NCBI GenBank assembly: GCA_963924565.1
Contig: OZ004614.1
Location: 7,130,001-7,194,000, forward strand
Direction of reading: 5' to 3'
DNA length: 64,000 bases
Source of the DNA: Ascidiella aspersa
Taxonomy: Eukaryota
A program made the translations under genes and the position numbers. Positions 50,701-62,764 of this stretch are shown piece by piece (the first letter of the stretch is position 1; the number at the start of each line of letters is the position of its first letter). Below the pieces are notes generated by a model, which searched no databases, was not told the DNA's origin, and worked only from the letters and a program-made list of their open reading frames with translations.

Positions 50701-52434
50701 CGGAATTTCCTTTAATCTGGTTTGCACCGCAGACGCGGCACCGTCGCTGATGTTTTGCTATCACCGATGAAGTTCAAATAAATGGGTGTTTCGACCTTGC
50801 ACTATTAAAGTATTATACAAATGGAATGCTGCGCCTATACAGTATGTTCCCGTGAACATTCTAACATTTCGCTCGTCTTTAAACGTTTGAAATACCGAAA
50901 TATCGTCCCATTTAGTTAGTCTGGTTTTTCGACTGTCCGCGCGACTGTAATTTGACATTTTCGATTATTGGTATTCGCTTCTTTTATCCCGTTTAAGTGT
51001 CGTTGCGCTATAAATAGAGGTTTTCACCGATCTTTTCATCTCCCCGCAAGGCAAGCGAGAAATCGTTTTTTTTTTACAAAGTACCCCGAAGTGAAAGAGT
51101 GAATGTAAGTCTATGTAACGAGTTTAAATCAAGTAATTTGTGATATTAAAAATCTTAATTCAGCCTATCATATATTGAGCATTTATGTAAACTAAAAGAG
51201 CTTAATAATGTTGCAACTACAAATTTAAAGAGGCGTATTGTAACTTAAAATGGTGCTTGAGTAAACTTTAAGGGGACAAGGTGTCTAACGTGCTGTGTTG
51301 TAATCAAACTCAAAGTCAAATCACTGGAAAATAAATATTAAACTCGTAAAGTAAAGTAGTAAAATCATTCTATTCAAATCAATATTTCGCATATCAAACA
51401 TCGAAAACGAAACCTTGTCTTAGAAAATGGTAAAGACCTATTTTTGTAAAGATGTTTTAATTAAAACACTTAATATATAAGGTAATGATAGTTGTTTGCC
51501 TAACTGACTTAAGCCCAAGCCTAGCAATTTGTCCAAATTAATCAAGTCAAGCCTATGAAAACATAGTGACTTAAAGAAAACAAATGTACACGTCACTGAC
51601 TTAGGATTAAACACTGCTAAAAAGTGCTATATGGTACAGAGTAAAGGACAGTGTTTTTCAACTATAAGAGACACCCACAGCTATTTTCTATTTCACCGGG
51701 CGCCGCCTTGTTGCTGCCAGGCTTCAAATGCAGCCTGCGGTTTCGAAACCTGCTCAAAGATTGCGCAAAAAAAGTTGCTCCGACAGGTTGAACCCAGCGA
51801 AATTGAGCGGTGCGCGCGCTTTTCCGAGAATTTGTAGCCCGACCGACCAGCGATTGGGAAGGGCCACGTCGGAAGGCGACAATTAACCTCCGCCGCGTTG
51901 CGCTAATCCAAACCGAACCGGCGACGCTCGCTGTTCCCGAAGTGCAGTTGTGCAAAGCCTTTGCAAGTCGGCAGAGTTGCTACCTTTGCTGTTTGGCTAA
52001 TGGTCTTGGTTGATGGTCTGGCGTCAATCTATAAGTGTTGTTCCAAGTTCGCTGCACTGTACAATAGACTCCGAATTCAGTCCGTTTACCCGACGGTTCT
52101 ATATAGCTAATGTTAGTCCAGACGGCATTGTACAGCGAAAGGTGCTCCCGCAATGCAATGATGGTTGATATGTCACCCTTGTGATATTCAACACAGCAGT
52201 ACTGCGGTTGATAAAGCATCTAAGCCATTTGCCCTGAAAAGCCTATTCCCGAAATACGGCCATACCACGTTGCCTCAATAAATGTTAACACATTTCCAAC
52301 AAAAAACACCACACCGATCCCAGCCAACGGAATCTAGAATTATGAATATTTCCTGAGCGGTGTTAAGAGTGCCTCGACAAAAAATCAAGTGTACGTTTTA
52401 ATTTTGACCCCCCTCAGACGCTTGGTGTAGCAGC

Positions 52435-52797
52435 CAGACTTGGACAACTGGATTTATTTCATATTTTCCGAATTACATTGGAATTAAAATTAGAGCATTT
52501 GTTTTTTCAAGTTATAGATTAGAAATGGAATTACCGAATTCTTGAAAACTTGAAAATAAACTAGAATTTGAGCTGAAATTACTTTTAATTAATTCACCAT
52601 TAATTTAGTATACATCTCAATCTTTTCGAATGTAATTAGTAAATATTCCTGTCGAAATTTTGGAAAAGTATTAATTCAAATTCTTTGTTTCGACTGGGAG
52701 ACTAAAAATACCTTCGAACGTAATAGGTATCATTTTTGGTAAAACCGAAATTAGATTAGAATTTGCCTCATTTTGCTCTAATCCTTTCCCAAGTCTG
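52435..52797. mobile_element. Second copy of the cagacttgg MITE (opposite orientation)
   Basis: TIR cagacttgg / ccaagtctg; flanks tgtagcagc / tatagcagc. Confidence 0.78.
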
Positions 52798-53949
52798 TAT
52801 AGCAGCAATGAGGTTAAAAGCCAAAACCAACAACGATTATGAAACAAAATCGTTTTCCAGGAAGGCGCCGGCATTCGGCGTTACTCATCTGGGACAATAA
52901 TAACTTCTTCTTACCGTTTCGGCACTTTGTAACCCATACTGTCGCTAAATTTGAACCGTGCAATTAAAAGCAGTAAGTACCTGATTGCAAACGCGTTCGC
53001 TTGGCGTTCGGAAAACGTTGTAGTCAAATGTCACCTGTCGATTTCGGCAAACTTGTATTCAGTAGCGGCGAATTGGGTGATTCAGCGCCTTGGCGCGTAA
53101 ATGGTATAGAGTTAGTTCTGTTATTTTTGCAAGCCAAAGCCGTAAAAACACAGCGCGGCGAAAACACACGAAATAGCAAAGTCAAAAGCCCAATGCCGAC
53201 CACCACTATCCTTCATTCCACCAAAGCCTGTTTGCAAAAACGTGTTGGCTTAACACAAGTTGTTGTATCATTCTAGTTTGACTTGAACTCAGTCCATTAG
53301 ACAAATGGCTTGACTTGGACTTACAATTATTCAAACAAATAGCTTAACTTGAACGGACTGGTGTTGGATAAACGTTTGTTATTGTGTAAATTTTTTAAAC
53401 ACAACTATATTTTTCCAAAACAAAAAAGATAAAGTTTTTCAGGCACAAATACTTGAATACAAAACTATAGCAAATTTAAGGGTATGTTTCAGCTTTCAAA
53501 GCTGCAATGTCGATTTGTTAGCCCAAAATGTTGCCCAATAATTCGTTCTCAAAGGTCCTCAGCTTAGGTTGCGCAATCCACAGGAATCGGCATTTGTCGA
53601 CTTGCTCCAAATAAGGAGTAACTAGCTGGCAAAAGGAAAAAAATGGGAAACAAAGCTATTCGCGCGGTCAGCAAATTTAAAACCGGTTTAAGGCACGCGC
53701 TTTCAAGCAGCTCGCCGGCCGGCCGGCACCTTGCGGTATTGGCTTACGTCGTTTGCAGAAAAACAAATTTCCTGCAAAAAGCGCGGCGTCATGCCCCTGC
53801 ACAGGGTCTTTTCGGCCACTTTTGAGTTTGAAAGTAGCTGCTTTTCGCTGCAAAATTTCCGTCGCTTTGTGGGTAACCTCTGCATCAACTAAATTCAACG
53901 ATTTTTTGACATGTGGCACACTAAAAAGTAACATGATATGTGCCGGCAC

Positions 53950-54326
53950 AGTTTCTGCTGCTTTATTATGAGATCTTGGCAATCACCGTTACTCATTACA
54001 TGGCCACAGGTAAATATCATACTATTATCAGGTTTTACTCAACGCACAGTGAAAATTGACAACCAGGACTTTTTAACCTGTGACAAAATTTCTTTGTAAA
54101 ATTGGAGATTACTTTTTTTTAGTATGTGGCGAACCAGAAAATAACAGAATATATCCCGAGACATTTTCTGCTGCTTTATTACGAGAACTTGGCAATCACC
54201 GTTACTTATGACACAGTCACAGGTAAATATCATACTACTATCATGTTTTACTCAACACATAGAGAGCATTTAAAACCAGGACTTTTTCACTTGTGCCAAA
54301 ATTTCTTTCTCAAATAGGAGATTACT
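53950..54326 (+). repeat. ~213-bp tandem duplication
   Basis: cttggcaatcaccgttact...cacaggtaaatatcatacta...ggagattact occurs twice. Confidence 0.85.
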
Positions 54327-54429
54327 CAAAGCACAAACTGCGGTCAAGAAAGTCGGTCTAATAAGCGCAAGCGATTTTAAAAACGGATAAAACCGCCGCT
54401 TCTATAAATAAAAACTATTTTAAGTTTTT

Positions 54430-55100
54430 GAAGCGGGCGACCAGAGCTAAAAGGCGCCGAATCCCAACGTTCAAAATGACGCCGAGTTCCCACGGATTAG
54501 TCGCCGCCGAAGCGTGTAAGTAATTGAAGATAGCGGCCTATACACGCTCGGGCGAGGCTGCGAAACAGCACTGACCGTGCATATGTAATCGCTTTCCCAC
54601 GAATGCGGCGCTTCACCCAAGCTACAGCCGCCGACGGCCACGCCCTTTTATGTAACAGACCACATTGGCTTGTTTTCTTATTCCGATGTCTGCGCGCTTG
54701 GTCGCTCCGTCAAAGCCGCGCCGAAGCTATTTATAATGCAGAGGCGGTGTATTTTCGGCTCCCTCCGCCTTTCAGGCCAAGTGCGCGTGCCCGGGGGCTG
54801 GCGAACTCGTCTGTTTACCGGCCTGGGGGCCGTGACCCCCCATTGGAAGGGGGGCGCCGCCAGACGCCGGGCGAATCTGAGCCCCCATCGCGCGGTTTCG
54901 AGATTGCCCAATACGCCGCCGGTGCGGCAAAAAATTGCGGCGCGCGAGTACAAAGGTCGAATAGGCCAATAACAGGGGACCACAAGTCGGTTGCGAAATT
55001 GTCGCGTTACGCGGAAAAACACGTGGGACGCCAGCCGCGCTGCAATTCGGCGTTTCCCGCTTTGCGCCAAAGTAACTTGATCTACGAACGAACGCACCCA
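54430..55100. promoter_or_regulatory. CpG-island-like non-coding block
   Basis: One of the most GC/CpG-rich stretches of the window; several CCAAT/ATTGG and GC-box-like motifs; overlapping ORFs have no recognisable homology. Confidence 0.35.
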
Positions 55101-55906
55101 TAGGCATTTGAAGCGATCAACAACAGCCCGACTTAGCTTAAATTTGTCTGCTGGGACGCAACCTTGTCGCCTACACACGCGAATTTCAACGTTGAAAATG
55201 AATAAAGAGTTATTCAAAACGTTCAAAATGATTATCACTTCGGTATGAGCTTTGAAATTCTTATTACGTCTTACTACAACCTCCAACCCTTTGCTCCAAT
55301 GTAAAGCCAATAGTTTGCTGTGCATTTAATGCCCGATCACCTTTTCGATTTCCGTTCAACTTGAAACGAAAACATACAGCAACATCAACATCCTAATGTT
55401 CTTTTGTCGTTGTTAACAAAAACATTGAACGAATGGAAAAAATCCTCTTGGTGGTATTTTTACTTAACCTTGATCTCAGTTATAAACAATATACTGCAGG
55501 CAATTGTGAAGAAACACTGATAAATAAATCCCTGGTTTAAAGATGCACCATATATTATGTGGAATATACTGATATTAAACGCATTTAAAGGCTTCAAGTT
55601 GGAAAGCAAATCATAAAGCAGCTCCGTATTGGGAGCAAAATCCTTAACAGTTGGATTAGATGTCCTACATTAAAGAAATAATGGTTTGGGGGTATTTATG
55701 TAGTGGTAAATAAAAAAAAGCAAACTTCACGGTACTTTTATTAAACCAAAATCACACCATTTATTTAAAAGATTTAGCCGGCACTAACGAACTAGAAGTT
55801 TTATTAATAAATGATTGGGCTTTTAGCTTTTATATAAACTCATATGTCAACCAGAAGTGGTGTTCCTCCGACCAGGACTTGCTGGCAACGCAAGCCTGGC
55901 AAACTT

Positions 55907-56392
55907 CTGTGTTGTAGTTAATTAAGTCAATGACTTGACTTAAGTGCACTTGAGTCACTGTTTTTAAATGAATTGACTTGACTTGACTTGGACTTCTGTC
56001 ATTGTGTCAAATAACTCCGGTTAAGTTAAGTGTTTTCATCTCTAATATTTTTTTCTTGAAATTGATTTATTAATCTCAATCTTTGCACATAAAACAATTT
56101 GCTTGCTATAGGTGTGTAGGCCTATTTGTTATTTTTCAGTTGAGGTAATGCTCACTGTCGGACGAGGTTAACAATTTTAAAAGTTTAATGTTTTATTTTA
56201 ATGTCAATAACTTGACTTGAAGATGACTTGCTGAAATAATGACTTGACTGTCTCTAGCTCTTGGGCACTGATGACTTGAACTGGGACTTTACTTGTTTAT
56301 TTATATGTAAACGACTTGACTTGAGATAAGGTATTTCGCAAATGAATTGACTGGGACTTGAGTAATTTCAAAATGACTTGTTTACAACACTG
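55907..56392. mobile_element. 'gacttgactt' MITE family member (reverse orientation)
   Basis: Ends ctgtgttgta / tacaacactg; flanks gcaaactt / tcaaactc; other copies or fragments at ~415-812, ~4975-5230, ~38990-39335, ~42530-42800, ~50030-50500, ~51500-51616, ~53270-53350, ~59446-59530. Confidence 0.75.
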
Positions 56393-57559
56393 TCAAACTC
56401 CCATACCCGGCAAACCGCCCCAGAACCAACGGTTGTTGTGAGCCGACTTCGCCACATTCGAAAAACAAGGTTTATCAGTTCTCTAACAGCTGATACTGCC
56501 GATTAGTGAAAATTGGGTGGTCGTTACATTACCAAGAGCCGGGCTCTCCCTAACCTAACACATTGACAAAGGCACAAAACGACAAGCTTTGGAGGTTCCA
56601 AGACGGATAAAAGCAGTAATATCAAAAGCTTTGGGAAATTGCGACCGGGATTTTTGGTTACATCTGGGTTGTCTGTCTTAAGTTAGCTCTGCAAAATCGA
56701 CAAGGGCTGTGAAAATCGCCTAAACACGGTTGACATCCAGTTATACGATAACAGTGACGGTCGGCTCCTGTTTCAATCCAAAGCATGGGAGAGCTGTCGC
56801 CAAAAAGTGCAACCGGTCGTCATTAGTTCATGGAACCAAACCACAACCCGCTATCGACCAATAAGCAACCGAAATAATTGCCAGGTGCGTGAGACGTGAT
56901 GTCGTGTCAGGCAGTAATGGACGACGTCCTTGCCACATGCAGCTGATAAATTATGGTTTTGCGTTTTCTTTTTTGGGGCTGTGCCGTCCGCCTCCTGTAT
57001 AAGCTAAATACAGGTTTCCTTTTTGATTTTTGCCAAGCACCGCGGCCTATATGATGTGGAGTTTGCGGAACAATCCGGGATTTAATAACATCCCAACATC
57101 CGTTGGCAGAAAACATTAAATTCGCAAAAAAACGCTTCTGCATAATAGAGTCACTTTTTGTGTGATTAGGGGTTGCTGCGTTTGCCTTTATAGATCCTGT
57201 TCGCTTCGTTGTAAACTACATCTGAGTTAAGAAGCCAAGAGCAGCAACAAAACAATCAATTTTAACTGATTTAATTGGTTTCACATTTTGGTTGGAACTA
57301 AATTTATAAATAAATTGTCATTTGGTGTAAACGCCCAACTCGACCCAACTAGACTCTTTTATGCAATGAAATTTGAGGGTAAAGAATTCCACTGCGGGAG
57401 AAATTAATTTTACATAAGGACAGCACTTTGGTTTATTCAAGTCAGCTATCTAAATGGCTTGTTTATAAACCAAATTACGTTATTATGTGATTTGAAAATG
57501 TAAGTACGCTCATTACTTAAGTTGAGCATTTTTGACGTTGGCCTACCAATACTGTGGTC

Positions 57560-58234
57560 TAGGAATGTCTGATATCGGACTTTTTATCCGATACCCGATA
57601 GTTTGGACAAAACGGAACTCGATCCGATCCAATACCAATGACGTCACTACTATGCTCAAACAAGCAAAATATTGATAAACTGAAATGTTTAAAGGTATTT
57701 TTCAGGTTATTTGGGCAATATGTGCTTTAATATATAACGGAGTGTTGCTCTTCCAGCAGTATATATAGCAACACTCCGTTATATATTATGCCTGGCAGCA
57801 ATAGCTTATTTCATGTGCTTCAATGTTAAGAAGTTTAGTTAGTTGTTAAATCTTATTGGCACCAACAGGGTTTTTTTAAGGTTTGGTTTGGGTGACCGCT
57901 AGGTAGTTTTAAGAGACCGCAAGTGTTTCATTTAAATACCAAAAAGTTGCAAGTCCAAAATTTGGGAAACCGCTGGAGAAATATTCCTTGAAAAAACACT
58001 GGGCACCAATACTACTTGAATATCGGAAGAGTACCGATGCTACCACTTGGCATGGGGTATCGGCGCCTTCTTCTTTCGTGTTGGTTACATATCTAGGCAG
58101 TGGCTTGTAAACCACTGCGTGGTAGAGGGTTTTGCGGCCAATATTGCTGCCCAACCACCGGGGCAGTAAAACTTCGGACGTTCTTCCACGATGTGGTGGT
58201 ATCGGCTTCTATACGATATTATCGGACATCCCTA
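57560..58234. mobile_element. MITE with ccgatac/gtatcgg subterminal repeats
   Basis: Ends taggaatgtctgata / tatcggacatcccta; related segments at ~1043-1534, ~7758-8108, ~12897-12975, ~24670-24982; TSD not clear. Confidence 0.6.
57728..57788. repeat. Perfect 22-bp inverted repeat with 17-nt loop
   Basis: taatatataacggagtgttgct / agcaacactccgttatatatta. Confidence 0.9.
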
Positions 58235-59821
58235 GTTAAGTCTCGTGTTAAGCTGACAAACAAAGCAAAATGATCGCAATACAAACAACATAGTGTGGAC
58301 GAAATTTATGTTTATTCACTTTAATTTATTTCGTAATCGCTCTTCATGATTTATTCAATTGGTTTATTTGTCTTGTCGGATTAAGTTTGTTTGTTCGCTA
58401 GCTCTTTATTTCAACAATATTTGAAATGTTAATTGCAGAATGTCAGGCCGGCGGGTCAAATATGGACTATATTATGGACCAGCGAATGATTAAAAAAGTA
58501 CGTGATTTTTAAAATACGTGATTTTTGTTCAGCGATTAAAGTGTCGAGATGATATTAGCGCTAATATTTTTATATGCCCAATGCACCATTAGGGTAAACG
58601 CTTGCCCAACTGAAACTAAATAATCGCAATTTTTGAGCTTTGCGCGATTAAAGTTTTGGTTCCACAATTGCACACCAGTTGTATTGCAAACAACAAGTTT
58701 AAGATTATACTTGAATTATTGCGTAACTGTGACGTCATATGTGTCCCAAAACTAAAATTCGAATAGGCAATTTCAAATTTGGCCCGCCATATGAAACGCA
58801 TTGCATCTGTGGCCCGCTTCAAAATATGGTTTGGATCGCGCTAGTTTATTGTAAATGAAAAAAAAACTTTGTATCCTATCTTAGTTTCAGTCCCACTATT
58901 TATTCCCTTTTCTTCGTAATTTGCGATATCCCACTTTGTGCAAAAGTATTGACGAACTGCCGAAACTGCCCCGCGGTTTCGTCTTGGTTTTGGCGCGAAA
59001 ACGAACGAATTCGAAAAACGGGAGAACAAAAACTTAGAAATGACGAAAAAAAAAGCAACATCAAACGCGGCAAAAAATCACGAGGCGAACGCGTGCTTTT
59101 CACCGAAGCTCGTTTGTTGGCTTGGCCCGGTTATAGGCAGCACATATCGCGCTCGAATCTGTGGGCGGCGCCGTGTCTTCTTAGTTCGGACTTCAATATC
59201 CGCGCCCGCCGCAAAAAGGCCAAGTTCTGGGCGCGAACTCGCAACGCTAAACATGCGGGAGGTTGTCGTACCGACGCGCGAGCTCGCCGTTTCTGTCGCT
59301 TTGGCCGCACGAGCTGAAGTTTAGTTTTTTTTTTTAGGAGAGAGTTGATCTATCGCGATATCGCCATGTAAACAGTAAGCCTTCATTATTAACAAAGAGC
59401 CCAAATAAAGAACGGAAATGTCATATACTTCTATTACCATAGATTAGTGTTGTAATGGGTTAGTCGCACTTTAAACACTGTTTTCGAATAGCTTAACTTG
59501 ACCTTGGACTTATACGTCAAATAACTTATTATAATTATTTTATTTCATTTAAAAGCGTAAATAATTTGCTTAGTATTGGTTTCGTTATTGTTGTTTGCTT
59601 TGCGAAATACTGCTCGAAATTGATGCAATTTTACAAATTTCTTGAATTGGACTTTTACACATTGTTTACAACAAGGACGCTTTACATAAAACCTCGTCTG
59701 GCGAAACTCCATGCAGACTGCGCGTCCCTTATATTGGAACTTAGCGTTGCGCAAATTGCTAAACCAGCAACAAAGCCCGAGCATTTTTTTGGGAAACAAC
59801 GCATCGACTTATAAAACACAT

Positions 59822-60043
59822 ATTTAAAACAACAGGTTCCTCTGGCAATATATATTATTTTCCACCAACGTTTCGGCTTACTATCCGGCAAGCCTTCGTC
59901 AGGGACTGACACACAAAGCCAACAAAACGCAGTCCCTGACGAAGGTTTGCCGGATAGTAAGCCAAAACGTTGGTAGAAAATAATATATATTGCCAGAGGA
60001 ACCTGTTTTAAATATACTATGCCTGGTAGCAACAGCATATTTA
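59822..60043. mobile_element. Palindromic hammerhead-containing insertion, family C (inverted pLTR-like)
   Basis: ~87-bp inverted arms (59821-59908 / 59930-60014), each with CTGACGA-A-GG(C/T)TTGC cggata GTAAGCC-(G/A)AAA-CG-TT; 13-bp direct repeat ttataaaacacat at 59809-59821 and 60044-60056. Confidence 0.75.
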
Positions 60044-60518
60044 TTATAAAACACATGTCTGAAAGCTAAGATTTAGCAGATGGGCATTAAAATACAGCAT
60101 AACAATCTGGAATAACTGGGACTGGGTTTCAACAGAGTCATGTTCACTTGCAGGAAAGGTGTTTATTTTATTATTCTTAGTGGGGGTCAGGAGTTACGAA
60201 CCGGACAGATTTGATCATACTGGGGAACATGCTTAAATTCGGGACGGGTTCGGCGTACCATAGCAGTAAATAACAAAACGCGCAACAAAACAATAAACAG
60301 TTCAATAGGGTTGCGGATTTATCTGCCACAATACCAAATAACATAGCGAAAAACACCGAATTCTAAAAGTACAATAAAAATACCAAATACCGAAAGTACA
60401 ATAAAATGCACAATACCGAAGCATGGATTCAAAGCGTAGGTAATAGTCCCTTCTTGCTGCTTCGTTTGCATGAAATGGCGAGTTAAAGCTAAAAGAAAAT
60501 CTGTCAACTATATTTTGT

Positions 60519-60558
60519 TTAACTGAAGATGATACAAGCTCGTATCGAAACGTCTTAA
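60519..60558 (+). ncRNA. Minimal type-I hammerhead ribozyme motif
   Basis: Stem I UUAA/UUAA, CUGAAGA, extra U, 5-bp stem II, GAAA, palindromic ACGU stem III, GUC cleavage triplet (cut after 60554). Confidence 0.7.
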
Positions 60559-60778
60559 TAATCAAGATGATGTCGATCTACTCAACCTTTTTAGCTTTGC
60601 AATTTATTATCAAGCTACATTACAGATCCGTGCACAGTGTACCCAAGTATATTGGTATCTATTACGGTAAAGCATTTAAATTAACTGAAGATGATACAAG
60701 CTCGTATCGAAACGTCTTAGTAATCTAGATCGTGTCGATCTACTCGACCTGTGGACTTTGTAATTTATTATCAAGCTA
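60521..60778 (+). mobile_element. Hammerhead-containing retrozyme/Penelope-like insertion, family A (1.6 tandem units of ~162 nt)
   Basis: Two cores CTGAAGA-T-GATAC aagctc GTATC-GAAA-CG-TC at 60523 and 60685; direct repeat ctatattttgttt at 60508-60520 and 60776-60788. Confidence 0.75.
60680..60721 (+). ncRNA. Minimal type-I hammerhead ribozyme motif (second tandem copy)
   Basis: Same core as at 60523; stem I AUUAA/UUAGU; predicted cut after 60716. Confidence 0.7.
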
Positions 60779-61825
60779 TATTTTGTTTGATTTTTAAATT
60801 TCAACAGTTTAAAAAAAAGTGAAAATTTCGATGGAAATAAAAACCAAGTTAAACTATAATCAAGTTTTTTTGAAAGCTTATCACAGGCTTCAGCGCTCGC
60901 AATTTGCGACTTGGCAATTTCCCACGCATTGCGACTTATAGCGTTGCTTAAATTCCGATTAAAACCAGCAAGACGTTGCTCGCAATTTACAGCGAAACGC
61001 GGCTGGTCACATTTAAAAAAGGAGAGCGCCGCCGGTGGCGACTTGAAAAGGCGTAAACAAAGTCGTCTCAAGGTTAATCGCTCGGCGCTCGGCCGCGTGT
61101 GTCTTAGCGCTTTGCCGCGTAAAGACAACAATGGCGGGCACACGGCACCCGCTGCACATTCACATCGACTTGTCAAAACCAGCGGCTACGACGAGCCTGT
61201 TGCTGATAATGTTGCTACTGTTGTTGTTGTCTTTGAAAGACGCAGTCCTTTGGCCGTTTCTATAAAAAATACATGTCCCGGCGTTGGTAAAGCTATAGCT
61301 TACATAAACCCCCCGGAGAAAGTAGAATTGTTTTGTTTATAACGTGTGCCATACTTCTTCTTTTCCAGACGTTGTTAAATAACTTTATCATAGAAGCGAG
61401 TCTTTCGGTTTTTAACCGAACCTTTTAAGCATTTGTAACTCTTGACTATTTCACCATAATTATGTGCAAACAGGCAGGACTCTTTAACAGTGGCTTTTTT
61501 TATTTTCCACCCGTTTTTTTATTTCACGTGATCTCCCTAAAAAGTCATCGCTTAATGCTCCAATACTCCTAACATAACCACTCGGTCTACTCTACACTTG
61601 TTTATTACCTGTTTATCTCGATAGAGCACGATTTGTCGTGCAAAGCTTGCCGGAGATATAAGCCTGATAGACCAAAACAACGCGGGAATTTGGTTGCAAG
61701 TCGTGATAAAATACTTCTGTTTTTAAAGATGTTAGGATCGCAACTAAGAAAATTGGCATTTTTTATTTACGCTAACGCACGCTATATATAGTTAGTTAAT
61801 GAATTGCAAAAAAAGATCTACATCA

Positions 61826-61945
61826 TTACAAGCTAGTATCGAAAACGTCTTAATCAAGATGATGTCGATCTTGGCGACCTTTTTGGATTTGCAATTCATT
61901 ACCAAGCTTCATTACTAATCCGTGCATTGTGTACCCAAATATATA
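61826..61945 (+). repeat. 5'-truncated family-A unit
   Basis: tacaagctagtatcgaaaacgtcttaatcaagatgatgtcgatc...ccgtgcattgtgtacccaa matches 60533-60650; CUGA box missing. Confidence 0.6.
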
Positions 61946-62596
61946 GTTAGTAATTTCATGTTCCCCCTTACGTTAACACCAGCACATTCCCACATTCACG
62001 TTGCTGTTTCGTGTTTAGGGCCGCGTTTTACGACGTCACCCGCCCAACGTTTAACTTAACCAAGTGCCGTGCGGCTATAAACAGTTCAGCCGAACGTTTG
62101 CCGACCGTGCTACGTCACAACAACGTGGCGTGACGTCACAAAAATGAGTGTGAACGCGGGAAGGTGTCAGTAGACCAACTTAAGTGGAGAAGCGGCCGCG
62201 TTTCCACAAAAATACACCGCTGTGTGTCTTGTGTGGGGTAACCACTTAATTATCGCTTCAGTGTGATGTTGAAGCGAACCAATCGACTTGGCCGAACAGG
62301 CAGTTGCCGCTAATTTAGGAGCGTTTTGTTTGCCGGCGTATACAGCCACGACCTATATCGAGCGCTCGTTCGCCTCGTCTATTCCAGTAGATCGAAGTTG
62401 CGAGACGCTTTGCCATCAGAGAGACAGTGGGCTGCCCAGGAGCGTGTTTGCTTTAACGGCTTTATCAAGAGCGCCTAGCGTGCGTCATCAGTTGATAAGC
62501 ACCCGGCCAAGAATGCCGCGCATTTTACGAGTTCACCAGCACCGTCTACAGCATTCTGATAAAACCGTAAAAAGGTGCCACGAAACGTGCACACAC

Positions 62597-62764
62597 AGGT
62601 CGCGTGCCGTTTTGAAAGCAAACTTTCTGCAATAGTAAATTTAAAGAAGAGGCGGTCGTTCGCAAATGGTCCAGGGTCAAAGGTCGCGTGCCGTTTTGAA
62701 AGCAAACTTTCTGCAATAGTAAATTTAAAGAAGAGACGGTCGTTCGCAAATGGTCCAGGGTCAA
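62597..62764 (+). repeat. 84-bp near-perfect tandem duplication
   Basis: aggtcgcgtgccgttttgaaagc at 62597 and 62681; one mismatch. Confidence 0.92.

Noticed and set aside
54678-55325. 215-aa minus-strand ORF and overlapping 166/111/100-aa ORFs
   Set aside because: Starts inside a fold-back repeat, has no recognisable domain, and is open on both strands because of high GC content
60676-61342. 166-aa and 143-aa ORFs on opposite strands
   Set aside because: No homology recognised; one runs into the hammerhead repeat; GC-rich artefact
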